A stretch of 63,104 nt of DNA, filler included, from Stramenopiles sp. TOSAG23-3 (lineage: Eukaryota), in NCBI GenBank assembly GCA_900128585.1. It is 5 parts of 5 records of this genome, joined end to end, with 100 filler letters (N's around TTAATTAATTAA, not from the genome) between each part and the next. Parts side by side here need not be neighbours in the genome. Positions count along the whole stretch, not along the records: positions 1 to 12,572 come from LT642679.1; 4 more parts are not named here. One strand, given 5' to 3'. The notes below the pieces were generated by a model that was not told the DNA's origin, searched no databases, and saw only the letters and a program-made list of their open reading frames with translations. The translations under genes and the position numbers were made by a program. Shown in pieces: positions 1-9,476 of this stretch (its first letter is position 1; each line of letters starts with the position of its first letter).

Positions 1-79
1 GGCACTTTTACCACCTTATCGTCGTCCCACTCGGACACGCCCTCGTCGTTGCTTGTGGAAGGTTTTTCTATTGCACTCT
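1..79 (+). repeat. 79-bp inverted terminal repeat of scaffold 1, left copy (probable artefact)
   Basis: Exact reverse complement of 12494-12572. It is in-frame coding sequence of the coiled-coil gene. Confidence 0.95.
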
Positions 80-1925
80 CATCGACGTCCTGCAGTGTCT
101 CGTACAATTCCCGTTCCGATTTTACGGTCTGTTTCATGGCCTCTAGTTGTATTATTCGCATAGCCTGTGCGCTATTCATGGTCTGCAGAGACTCCAGCTC
201 CTCGCGAAAATGCTGCCGTTCCAAAAGGTGCTGCTTCTTCATGGTCTCCAACGTTTTCTTTATCGACTTTTCGCTGGTGGTTTTCTCGACGGCCTGGATC
301 GCCTTGTCAGAATGCTTTACGGGCGGAACGGACAGGTTCGAAATCTTTTCATCGGCCAGTTTTAGTTGCGTAGAGAAGTCGTTCACTTTTCGGCGTAAAG
401 AGGCAGCCTCTTTCATGGCCCTGGAAAGGTTTTCTTTCAGGTCCGCCTGGTTAGCGCTGTTTTCGGCATGGTCGCTTTCGAGTGTGCTTACCTTTGCATT
501 AGCCGCAAGGAGGTCATTTTCTAAGGTCTCGCATTTTTCGACCAGTGCTCCTCGCTCCCGCGTCACCGTTTCCAGCTCTTCTTCGAGCCGTTCCTCTTCT
601 CGTTTCGCCTTTCTGACTTCATCTTCCATCTCTTTTTGGAGCGTGTCTTTCTCCTCTTGAAGCATTTCCATGTTCGTTGTCATGGTCTTAATGTTCTCCT
701 TCAGCTCGTTGCATTCGTGCTTCGTAATTTTGATTGTGTCTTTCAGCCGCTCAAGCTCTTTGGCGTTGTTTTCCTCGAACTCCTGTAATGCTTTTGTGCA
801 TCGTTGGATTTCCCTCTGTTGTTCCTTTATCCTTCGTCTGTCTAAAGCTGAAGCTTGGCGAGCTTCGTGTAACTTCCCTGTCACCTCGGCCACGGTCGCC
901 GACAGGCCCGCCGACCGTTCCTTCTCTGCTAACAGGTTCTTTTCTGCGTTTACGATAACGTACTGCACCTCCCTCAACTCCTTTTGCATTTTGAAATTTT
1001 CATCTTTGAGGGCCTCGACTTCACTTTCTAGCTTCGCGGCCGCAGTCCGCACTTGCTCTTGCAAGGAGTTTATTTTGGTGACCTGCTTGTCTCTATTTAA
1101 TTTCAGTGCTTCAATTTCCCGCTCGGACGATGTTATTTTATTTTTCAGCGTTTGTGAACCTTGCTTCTCGCATTCCAACAAGTCTTCCGTTTCTAACAGT
1201 TTCGTTTCTAATTTCATCAGTACGGCCTGCCCCTCCTCGTGAGTCTTTCGTGCGAACTGTAGCATTTTTCTACTAAATGGCACCATCTCTTTCTTCCAAA
1301 TTTGAGCATTATTTGCCGCCTCCTCGACCGCTTTTTCTAAGTTGACCGTGGGCATGGACGGTTTAATGGCACTCTTTCCCATTGCGTTTGCGGTCTCTGC
1401 GGTTTCGGTCAGCACCTTTACAATCTTCTCTTTCTCGATCGACCGCTCCTCAATTTCTTTTTCTAGCTTCCGCCTTGCCCTCATTTCTGCGTCCACGCTG
1501 AATTCCGCCAACCATTCCATCGCGCCATCATTATTCGCGGGTTCCCCCGTGCCGTCAGTGTTTTCCAAGCTCGAGAGCAGCTCTTGCACCCTGTTTCTGG
1601 AATCGCTCACCTGTTGAAGTAGTGCCGTGTTCTTTTCCGCTGCAAGAAGCTCCTTTTCACACATTTTTAGTCTACGGATTTGTTTTGAAGCATGCTTCTG
1701 CTCCGCAAAACTCTGCCGGACAACCGCCTTGGCCTCTAATTTAAATTCTGGGATTGCAGGAGTACGCGCGCGGGGGTCGTAGTAATTCCCCCCTGATTGG
1801 ACGATTTTGTGCAACGATTTCCGTTTCTCAGAGAGTTCTGCGAGGATCATTCGTTTCATGGCTTCATTGCGCTGAAAGTTTCTATTATACTCCAATAGAG
1901 CAACCTTCAACTCCCCCGTAGCCAT
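3..1925 (-). CDS. Long coiled-coil protein of unknown function, 3'-truncated at the window edge
   Basis: Translated by hand; it is absent from the ORF track because it has no stop. ATG at 1925, MATGELKVALLEYNRNFQRNEAMKRM...EEERLEEELETVTRERG...SEWDDDKVVKV. E/K/L-rich heptads, open to the edge. Confidence 0.85.
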   Translation of the reverse strand, partial: MATGELKVALLEYNRNFQRNEAMKRMILAELSEKRKSLHKIVQSGGNYYDPRARTPAIPEFKLEAKAVVRQSFAEQKHASKQIRRLKMCEKELLAAEKNTALLQQVSDSRNRVQELLSSLENTDGTGEPANNDGAMEWLAEFSVDAEMRARRKLEKEIEERSIEKEKIVKVLTETAETANAMGKSAIKPSMPTVNLEKAVEEAANNAQIWKKEMVPFSRKMLQFARKTHEEGQAVLMKLETKLLETEDLLECEKQGSQTLKNKITSSEREIEALKLNRDKQVTKINSLQEQVRTAAAKLESEVEALKDENFKMQKELREVQYVIVNAEKNLLAEKERSAGLSATVAEVTGKLHEARQASALDRRRIKEQQREIQRCTKALQEFEENNAKELERLKDTIKITKHECNELKENIKTMTTNMEMLQEEKDTLQKEMEDEVRKAKREEERLEEELETVTRERGALVEKCETLENDLLAANAKVSTLESDHAENSANQADLKENLSRAMKEAASLRRKVNDFSTQLKLADEKISNLSVPPVKHSDKAIQAVEKTTSEKSIKKTLETMKKQHLLERQHFREELESLQTMNSAQAMRIIQLEAMKQTVKSERELYETLQDVDESAIEKPSTSNDEGVSEWDDDKVVKV

Positions 1926-2518
1926 TTTGGTGGCGCTGTCTGGAGGAAATGTTCGGTAGGAGCATGTCCCGAATTTCTTCCCGGGGTCCTTTATTAAACC
2001 AAAATATATTATGTTCTTTAGATATTTAAACTCGTATCAAAAGAAAAATGGGGTCAACACGTTCAAGAACCAAACATTTGTTGTGAGTAACGTATTAATT
2101 TATATACCGGTATTTTAATACCACCATGCTTCTTCTTCTTCATCAAATGTTATGTTGTTATTAAAAAATAAATAATATATTAATAATAAAAAATTTGTCC
2201 GTTTTTAATATTGTAATATAAGTGTGTATTATAATAATACGTATGATAATTTAAGGAAATATAGTCTAATGATCTAATTTTTTTTTATTTAGATAAAAAA
2301 TAATAAATATATTATTTATACTCTCTAGACAACAAATACAAACAACGAGAAATTGATGATTATTATAGAGAGACTAAAAATATTATTGAAAAACAGTTGT
2401 TAAAATGTTGAATGTTTAACTCTTCGATTCTAATCGTCTTAATTTAACGCACTATCCAACAGAAAAAGTAGAAACATGTTCTCATTTCCGCCCATAACAG
2501 TTGCACTGTATAAAACTC

Positions 2519-3868
2519 ATGTTTAAAGTTGTGGGTTTGTTTGCCTTTGCGTTGGCAGTGGTGAACGGCATTGACAATGGCATTGGGAGAACGCCCCCTC
2601 GTGGTTGGCGGTCGTTCAACCAGTTTACGGATTACATTAATCAGTCACTGATAGAACGCCAGTACGCAAAACTTGTGGAGAGGTCGAGGACGGTAGATGG
2701 TATGAAAATGTCCCTTTTAGACCTTGGTTATGTTACAGCAGGGATCGATGACTCGTGGCAGGCTTGCGGCAGTGGCCCGGGGGGCGTTGGTTTCCACAAC
2801 AAAAGTGGGTTTCCGATAGTGAATGAAACCAGGTTTCCAGACATGCGCGCTATGACAACGAAAGCAAAAGAACTTGGCCTGAAGCCAGGATGGTACGGGA
2901 ACAATTGCGAGTGCCGCGAAGAGCGACCATCGTGCCAAATGTCTCCAAATGGGTCGGGGGCGGAGTGTTTTGCCGGGGATGTGGCAGCGACGCTGTATTA
3001 CGGCTTCGAAAGTATTAAGCTGGACGGATGTGGTGTCCAACGGAATATCACTGAATATGCCCGCCTTTTTAATCAAACGGGAGTCCCTGTAATGCTTGAA
3101 AATTGCCACAATCACCATCCTTACAATGCTACGCGCGATCCAGTGACCAAAATGGTCGATTGCCCAATGAATTTTTTTCGCACTTCCACCGATATCCGTC
3201 CTACGTTCGGCAGCATTTTGATTAATTTACAAACGACTTCGAAGTTTAACGGGGAAGGTCTCACCGGGCCGGGTTGTTTTGGATACCCGGACATGCTAGA
3301 AGTTGGGGTTACCAATTCGCAAAAGACCGCAGTTGGGTGCACGAATACGCTCGGGCAGCCCAATTGCACGCTGAACTTTGTCGAGGCGAGGACCCACTTC
3401 AGCGCCTGGTGCATTGTGTCCTCCCCGCTCGTTCTTGGTTTCGATTTAACGGACAATCAGGTGATGGACGAAGTCTGGGAGATCATTAGCAATAGAGAAG
3501 CACTTCTGGTGAACGAGGCGTGGAACGGTGATGCAGGGGTTCTGGTCAGCAAATCGAAAAGTCTGGTGCACATGACAAACTGTTCATGGTTCAACGACCT
3601 CGGCTGCGACCATCCAGAATGGATGGTGTGGGCAAAGGGCGTGGCCCCTGGGAAGGTAGCATGTTTGTTAATGAACAATGGAGACAGGACCAAGGATGTA
3701 TTGGTCGATTTTAAATCAGACCTTGGGCTCCAGGAATGCGCGACAAGTGGCTGTTCCGTTCGTGACATTCATAACCATCGTGACCTGGGGCGGTTCAAGG
3801 GGGGGTTTACCGCCAAGAATTTGATGTCCCATGATTCAGCGTTTATAATTGTAACGACGACGAACTAA
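2519..3868 (+). CDS. Secreted or lysosomal alpha-galactosidase / alpha-N-acetylgalactosaminidase (GH27)
   Basis: Signal peptide MFKVVGLFAFALAVVNG; DNGIGRTPPRGWRSFN, IDDSWQ, KLDGC (nucleophile), FRTSTDI, PDMLEVG, HFSAWCIVSSPLVLG; C-terminal beta-sandwich with VRDI. Confidence 0.93.
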   Translation: MFKVVGLFAFALAVVNGIDNGIGRTPPRGWRSFNQFTDYINQSLIERQYAKLVERSRTVDGMKMSLLDLGYVTAGIDDSWQACGSGPGGVGFHNKSGFPIVNETRFPDMRAMTTKAKELGLKPGWYGNNCECREERPSCQMSPNGSGAECFAGDVAATLYYGFESIKLDGCGVQRNITEYARLFNQTGVPVMLENCHNHHPYNATRDPVTKMVDCPMNFFRTSTDIRPTFGSILINLQTTSKFNGEGLTGPGCFGYPDMLEVGVTNSQKTAVGCTNTLGQPNCTLNFVEARTHFSAWCIVSSPLVLGFDLTDNQVMDEVWEIISNREALLVNEAWNGDAGVLVSKSKSLVHMTNCSWFNDLGCDHPEWMVWAKGVAPGKVACLLMNNGDRTKDVLVDFKSDLGLQECATSGCSVRDIHNHRDLGRFKGGFTAKNLMSHDSAFIIVTTTN

Positions 3869-3921
3869 TAATAGAAGACTAAAAAACTGGAAATTGAATT
3901 TTAAAGATTTTATTGGACTAA

Positions 3922-4060
3922 AGGAGCAGATTCACTTCGCGGTATATGAAGAAGATAAATTTTCAGTATCATACTTAATAAAAACAAGAAAATTGGTACT
4001 TAAATAAATATAACAAGAAAAATTGGTGGCTGTTATTTTATAGACTAGTAATTAAAATTA
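3922..4060. repeat. Fragments of the dispersed ACAAGAAAATTGGCTGTTATTT element
   Basis: Core-like copies at 3984 and 4013 (+). 3922-3946 AGGAGCAGATTCACTTCGCGGTATA matches 44167-44192 and is the reverse complement of the element's TACCGCGAACTGAAATCT part. Confidence 0.75.
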
Positions 4061-4122
4061 AAGAAAAAAGAAGGTGTCAGTTCAAGAACAATATCTCCTC
4101 CTATTGCAGATCCTCCCCAAGT

Positions 4123-4146
4123 TTTTAAAGGGGCTCGTTGTCTGTG
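4123..4146 (-). repeat. 24-bp dispersed repeat CACAGACAACGAGCCCCTTTAAAA, copy 1
   Basis: Exact reverse complement of 37789-37812 on another scaffold. Confidence 0.85.
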
Positions 4147-4625
4147 GTACTGCTCAATGAAATAATTATCGGTATTGATTTGATCGTTTCGTGGTCGTAT
4201 ACACATACAGATGTAAGTGTACTGTCTGGGAACCCTAAACGGCTAGCCAAAAATTTTTCTTCAAAGATTTTAATACGTACATTATATATGTATTATTTTT
4301 TTTAGTTTACACACGTTTACACACCGTTATGAGTTATCAGTACAACAAAACAAGCGAATTCCGGGGGGCAAGGGGTTAGGGTTGTTACGGTTTGTAAAGA
4401 TAAATGTCGATTTTACGAACAGCGAGGTCCTGAACCCAAAGGGAGCGTTTGCTCAGAAATTAAGGCAGGCGTTGTTGGAGCAGGCTGTGCTGATTTTTCC
4501 TGGGCAAGCGCATGTGAAGAAGAGCATCCTGCGGTTCGGTTGTGGGCACGGCGAATGTATTTATCATCTGACAAAAAATTTATATGACTACCTCTTGAAA
4601 TTTCCAATTCATCCTTCCTGGTGGT

Positions 4626-7600
4626 TTAGTTTTCGCTTGAGGAAGTGACTTCATCTTGCTGTTCCCTAATGTAGTCCAAAATGCGCTCAGCGTTGTGTTT
4701 AACGTCCATTAGCTTTTTTTTATCATCGGCATATCCCTTCCACTCTCTTCGTCTTCTTTTTTCATTCCTCTCCAGCACATATTCGTACCATGTTGACTCC
4801 CTCAAGCAGTGGGCAAAACATTCATTGGCGTGTTTGGGATCGGTTCCAAACAATAGGTCTCCAACTTTTATTTCGTCCAGCTCTTTTTTAATGCATTCGT
4901 CTTCTTTCTTTGCCTCCAAGTCGCCAAGACTTAGAAACAATACTTGCTTCACAAACAATTTCTCTGGAAACTGTTTGATTTCGTAATCCGCGATTTCATC
5001 GGCAATGTTCAGGTATTCTTCCTTGCTCTCATTATAAACATTCTCGTATAAGTCACTCACTACGGCAATTAGAATGTTCATCAAGACAAGTGCAAGAATA
5101 AACATCGCCGCCACAATAAAAAAAGGGCTCAGGATATGGTTCATGGACAACATTTGGTCAACATCTATGCCAAAGTCACCAAACATGACATTGAGCATGG
5201 TAAAGGAACTTGTAAAAACACCCCCAAAATGACCCATTTCGTTACCGAACGCGTTCATAAACCCAAGGGAAAACATTAGCATAAAAAGCAACAGGACCAT
5301 GTATAGGGGAAACACCTCCTTGTGAAAAAACAGCTTCGTTATCGCTGTGATACGGATGCCTATATCACTGAACGGCAGGTGCTTTAAGTACCGAAGAAGG
5401 TGCAAGGACGTTAGAATCAAAATGAAAGCCAACAAGTCCTGGATGTGCGTGGTTAAATGGCGCAAGTGCACCAGGGATACATACTTTTTGTCCGCAAAGT
5501 CTTGTTTCAGTACACGCTCCGTGCTCGTTCTCTCTTTATCCAAGTCAACTTGAAACACTGTGTACCAAACACCAAGAAAAACGACTATGATCTCCAAATA
5601 ATTCCAAGGGTCTGCCCAATAGTGGTTTGAGAGAATAGAATTGCCACACAATCGCAAACAGCCAGATTTTTCCATGCAGCAGCACCCTTTATTTCTTTTC
5701 CTTTGATTAATGCAGCAGCTTATTCCATAATGACGGTTCAGGTGCCTGTTTTCGGTGTTTGAAATTTTGCAAATGAGAGGGAGCCAGCAGACACAGCAGC
5801 AGCATGCATTTCTAGTCTCTCGCTTAACATCTTCTGCAAAATCACAGCAACAGGATGCATTTTTAGTCTCCATTTCTTTTTTTTTCATCATTGGCTCTTG
5901 CTTTTGCAACGCTTCTGCGCGGGCGACCTCGGCCTTTGCATTGAGGCTGGCCGGTGTATCTGTACAGTACTCCAGCAATAACGGCTCATTGTGGTATTTT
6001 ACGCCAACTGCGAGGGCGTTGAATGTTTTTCGCCGCTTACGACAGTTGTAAATCTTAGCGTCGTTTACTCCGACGAACAGTTTCTCGTAAACATCATGGT
6101 CAACTGTGAGGTCTGTTTCTTCAACTATTTTCAAAATTGAGACAAGCTGCTTCAAGCTCATTTCAATAAGTTCGTCGAGTCCTCGCCATGCCAAAATCAA
6201 CATTAATGTTATCGTCAAAGCTTGCATACAGATTTTTTCGTACAACTTGGGAAATCTGATCACTACAATCTCCGAGGATGGCGTCACACCCCCAGCAGGC
6301 CAAAACTCAAATTTAAATGACAATGCAGCAAACGAATCCAAATGTTCATTGTACACATTGACGTCGATGACGATCAATCTGGTCCCTTCTTCAACGGAGA
6401 TCCAATTGTCTTTTTGGAACTGCAAAACTGCGTTTGCAGCCACAGTGGAATTCTTAGTTTGAACGGAGGTAATATGCCCACGAGAATCGTACTCTTCGCC
6501 CCACTTAACACTCCCATATAAATGTTTGTTCAGAGCTGTCCTCTTCAAATGTTTCTCGTATATTTTATTTTCCCCTTCTTTGTCCTTGTACTCATACTTC
6601 TTTGGGTCGTTCGGGGGCCCAAAAGCGTCCGTACTCACGTGCTTCTCTCCATGGGCAGTTTTAGATAACACGTCTCTCGTTCCATAAAAGTGCTTCTGGG
6701 CCGTCAGTTTAGAGGCACGGACCTGCCGGAACTGAATTGCGCCTACTACATTGGTCATCGGATCGATCCATGACATATCTTTACCCGGCATTTTATTAAA
6801 CAGGCTCTCCGAAAAGGGACCTTTTATCCAAGAGTAAACCTCATCTTCATTTACAATATCGTGAAAAGTAAGGTGGTTTTCGGCCCAGTCTTCGTCTACG
6901 AAGCAGTTTCGTAAATGGTTGTGAAATTGCAAAGAGTTGGTATTGTAGACTTGACTTTGGAAAGTGCCTAGAAGATACACAACCACGACCATTAGAGATA
7001 CTAAAGGGCAACCCCAAAAAATCTTGAACGTTTGAAAGTGTAGTTCGTTGGCTTTTTCCCTGAACAAAGGCTCTTTCTTCATGGTATCGATAATGCTGCT
7101 CCAATCTTCCTTCATGCGATTGCGGTCGAATTTATTTGTTTCGTACTTCTTCTTGGCGTCTTTTCCCTTATTCTCATCCTTTGGCTTCCTCCCGCTCTCG
7201 CTCGCTGCAGAGGGTTTTGATGGAACCAAATGCCTATTTATCCCGACCATGTCCTCTGTTGCTGTTACCTCTATTGTTTCGAAGTCTTGCTTCTTGGTTT
7301 CTTTATGATTATGAATCTCCACGTTCATCTCATTGAGTAAATGCTTTGCCAGTGTGTATGCGCAGTAATCGGTAGCATATTCTTTGGAAGCGACCTCTAT
7401 AGATCTTTCTCCCCCTTCGACACTTTCAATAATCTTTTTTTTCCCGCGGGAAACCTCCTTCAGGTCACGCTTAGGCTCTTTTTTTTTTAGACCCCAGAAG
7501 GTCTCCCCCCCGGTCCACAATCTTTCGCGAACAAATGGGTCAGCGCCATTTTTCACTAGGAAATTTGCGCAGACACGATTCCCCAGGCGAAGGGCATACG

Positions 7601-8678
7601 ATAATGGTGAACATACCCTTTGAAGACGACACTCCAGCCTTATTTTTGATATACTTTTGTTCTTGTAGTGCGGTAGTTCTCTTTCCCTGTGTCTCTTTCT
7701 GCGCGCATGTTTAGCTGCAGCAAGCTGTTCATCTTTATTTGTTGACAGGTATTGTATTGCGTGTTGCGCATCTTTAGCTGCAGCAAGCTGTTCATCTTTA
7801 TTTGTTGACAGGTATTGTAACCAGTACTGCTCGTTGCCAGAACTGTCGTAAAACAACTGATTCAAGTCGGACAACGACGCCTGCAAGAGCTTAAAATTTT
7901 CGCTGGGAAAATCGCTTTTGGAATACATCTGCGCTACTTCTATACAGTGCTTGCAATACCCTTCATATTTTTTGTAATGATATTCCTTTGGGTCAATAAT
8001 TGCAACGCTCCACCAATTTATTGCAATCAGTAGGGATCCGAATATGTAAAATATCTCCTCTGATAATAGTCGCTCCTTTAATAACTGTATGTTCTGGGAG
8101 TTATTGGCATTCTCGACGTTCTTCGCCATATATGAGATAAATGTGGAGCATCGCCTCAAATCTTCCTGCTCTGCCCCCCGGAGGCTGTACCGTTTTGCCC
8201 ACCCAGTACGCCAAGCTTCGAAAGCTGTTGCCCTCTGCCTGACGAGCGCTTCAGTCGTATTATCGGCTTCATGGAGTACGATTACATTGAACTGTTTTGT
8301 AATAAAATCTTCCATGTCCGTGTTCGTCTCGTCTGTTTCGCCCCCCGGAAAGCTATAGTAGTTATCAATGCAACTTGAAAGTTTTTCAATAAGCTTTTTG
8401 CGTTGTTCTTTCGTTTCTTCTTCCTTTTCTGTGGGAGTAGCTGCAGCTGTTATTCCTTCTTCCTTTTCTGTTCTCTTGCCGGTACTAGTAGCTGTTCCTT
8501 CTTCTTCTTTTTCTGTCCAATGTATAGGCGAGAAGCTGTCTCTAGAACGCATTAAGTCTATTTTCTTGTTTCCGCGGAAAGCTTTTCTAGCCTCGACAAG
8601 CTCTTCTTTAGCTTTGTTGAATTGTTCAATAAAAAACGCTTCGACATCAATGTCTTCGGGTGTCACCGACGACGACAT
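4626..8678 (-). CDS. Polycystin-2/TRPP-like cation channel with an N-terminal ankyrin-like repeat (1350 aa)
   Basis: SPLSYALRLGNRVCANFLVKNGADP (ankyrin-like). Polycystin extracellular domain: VVGAIQFRQVR, NWISVEEGTRLIVIDVNVYN, FEFWPAGG. YWADPWNYLEIIVV; pore FTMLNVMFGDF; S6 VLMNILIAVVSDLY. Confidence 0.85.
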   Translation of the reverse strand: MSSSVTPEDIDVEAFFIEQFNKAKEELVEARKAFRGNKKIDLMRSRDSFSPIHWTEKEEEGTATSTGKRTEKEEGITAAATPTEKEEETKEQRKKLIEKLSSCIDNYYSFPGGETDETNTDMEDFITKQFNVIVLHEADNTTEALVRQRATAFEAWRTGWAKRYSLRGAEQEDLRRCSTFISYMAKNVENANNSQNIQLLKERLLSEEIFYIFGSLLIAINWWSVAIIDPKEYHYKKYEGYCKHCIEVAQMYSKSDFPSENFKLLQASLSDLNQLFYDSSGNEQYWLQYLSTNKDEQLAAAKDAQHAIQYLSTNKDEQLAAAKHARRKRHRERELPHYKNKSISKIRLECRLQRVCSPLSYALRLGNRVCANFLVKNGADPFVRERLWTGGETFWGLKKKEPKRDLKEVSRGKKKIIESVEGGERSIEVASKEYATDYCAYTLAKHLLNEMNVEIHNHKETKKQDFETIEVTATEDMVGINRHLVPSKPSAASESGRKPKDENKGKDAKKKYETNKFDRNRMKEDWSSIIDTMKKEPLFREKANELHFQTFKIFWGCPLVSLMVVVVYLLGTFQSQVYNTNSLQFHNHLRNCFVDEDWAENHLTFHDIVNEDEVYSWIKGPFSESLFNKMPGKDMSWIDPMTNVVGAIQFRQVRASKLTAQKHFYGTRDVLSKTAHGEKHVSTDAFGPPNDPKKYEYKDKEGENKIYEKHLKRTALNKHLYGSVKWGEEYDSRGHITSVQTKNSTVAANAVLQFQKDNWISVEEGTRLIVIDVNVYNEHLDSFAALSFKFEFWPAGGVTPSSEIVVIRFPKLYEKICMQALTITLMLILAWRGLDELIEMSLKQLVSILKIVEETDLTVDHDVYEKLFVGVNDAKIYNCRKRRKTFNALAVGVKYHNEPLLLEYCTDTPASLNAKAEVARAEALQKQEPMMKKKEMETKNASCCCDFAEDVKRETRNACCCCVCWLPLICKISNTENRHLNRHYGISCCINQRKRNKGCCCMEKSGCLRLCGNSILSNHYWADPWNYLEIIVVFLGVWYTVFQVDLDKERTSTERVLKQDFADKKYVSLVHLRHLTTHIQDLLAFILILTSLHLLRYLKHLPFSDIGIRITAITKLFFHKEVFPLYMVLLLFMLMFSLGFMNAFGNEMGHFGGVFTSSFTMLNVMFGDFGIDVDQMLSMNHILSPFFIVAAMFILALVLMNILIAVVSDLYENVYNESKEEYLNIADEIADYEIKQFPEKLFVKQVLFLSLGDLEAKKEDECIKKELDEIKVGDLLFGTDPKHANECFAHCLRESTWYEYVLERNEKRRRREWKGYADDKKKLMDVKHNAERILDYIREQQDEVTSSSEN
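7703..7819. repeat. In-frame tandem duplication, 63-bp period (QYLSTNKDEQLAAAK twice)
   Basis: TTTAGCTGCAGCAAGCTGTTCATCTTTATTTGTTGACAGGTATTGTA is identical at 7710 and 7773. Confidence 0.9.
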
Positions 8679-9476
8679 CTAAGCGACTGGGTTGGAATTT
8701 CCCTGGCGATATCTCTTTTCCAATTTGGACTGTTCTCCGTTCGACTGCTTTGGCCAATACCTCAAGTCTTTTCGTTTCACTCGAAAAAACTTATACTGGG
8801 CATAGTCTTGTATAGGATTGAAAACGAACGTTGTTGTACATTTGTTGGGTTCACAATGGATTATCGTCGTTTCGAAGAAAGTACAATTTATTAATTAGAC
8901 TATTGACTATATATTAGCTATAATAATTATATTATAATTTAATAATAAAAAAATACCAGGTAGAAGAAAAGAAGAAGAAGAAGAATTTAATTGCCCCTTC
9001 TTCTTTTTTTCTTCTTTCCTTCTTCTGCTGCTGCCCTCCTTGGCAAGGAATCAAGGAAGAGTGTTGCAGTTATTTTCCTGGGCAATGTAATGCACTAAAA
9101 TACGTTCGCAATTTAATACAGTATAATAATGTGGCTCTTGTGCAACGGTTTCTGGGGGTATAAGAATATTACTTTTAATTACCCTATTCTTAACTCTACT
9201 ATATAATCGCAAAAAAACGTTAAAACCACCGACGGACCGACGGACGGCGGGGGGGACGAAGGAAGAAGAGGAAAAAAACAAACAAACAACAAACAAAAAT
9301 AAATCGATCAAAGGAATACAATGCTTAATTAATCATGTATGAAAGCAACAAAAAATGAGACCAACCAGTTCTTGCAAATCCAGAATGTGAGGAGGGGGAA
9401 AGAGTTAACGAATTTCAGTTCTCCGGCATCGTTTTCGTTCGTTGTCTGTATACACAGTTTGCACATTCTGAAAAGC

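Noticed and set aside
49-1617. Ser/Phe-rich plus-strand ORFs (49-660, 670-1242, 1342-1617)
   Set aside because: They are antisense shadows of the E/K-rich coiled-coil gene on the minus strand. The same applies to most short ORFs overlapping the long genes.
4372-4383. GGGGTTAGGGTT telomere-like sequence
   Set aside because: About two units only; expected by chance.
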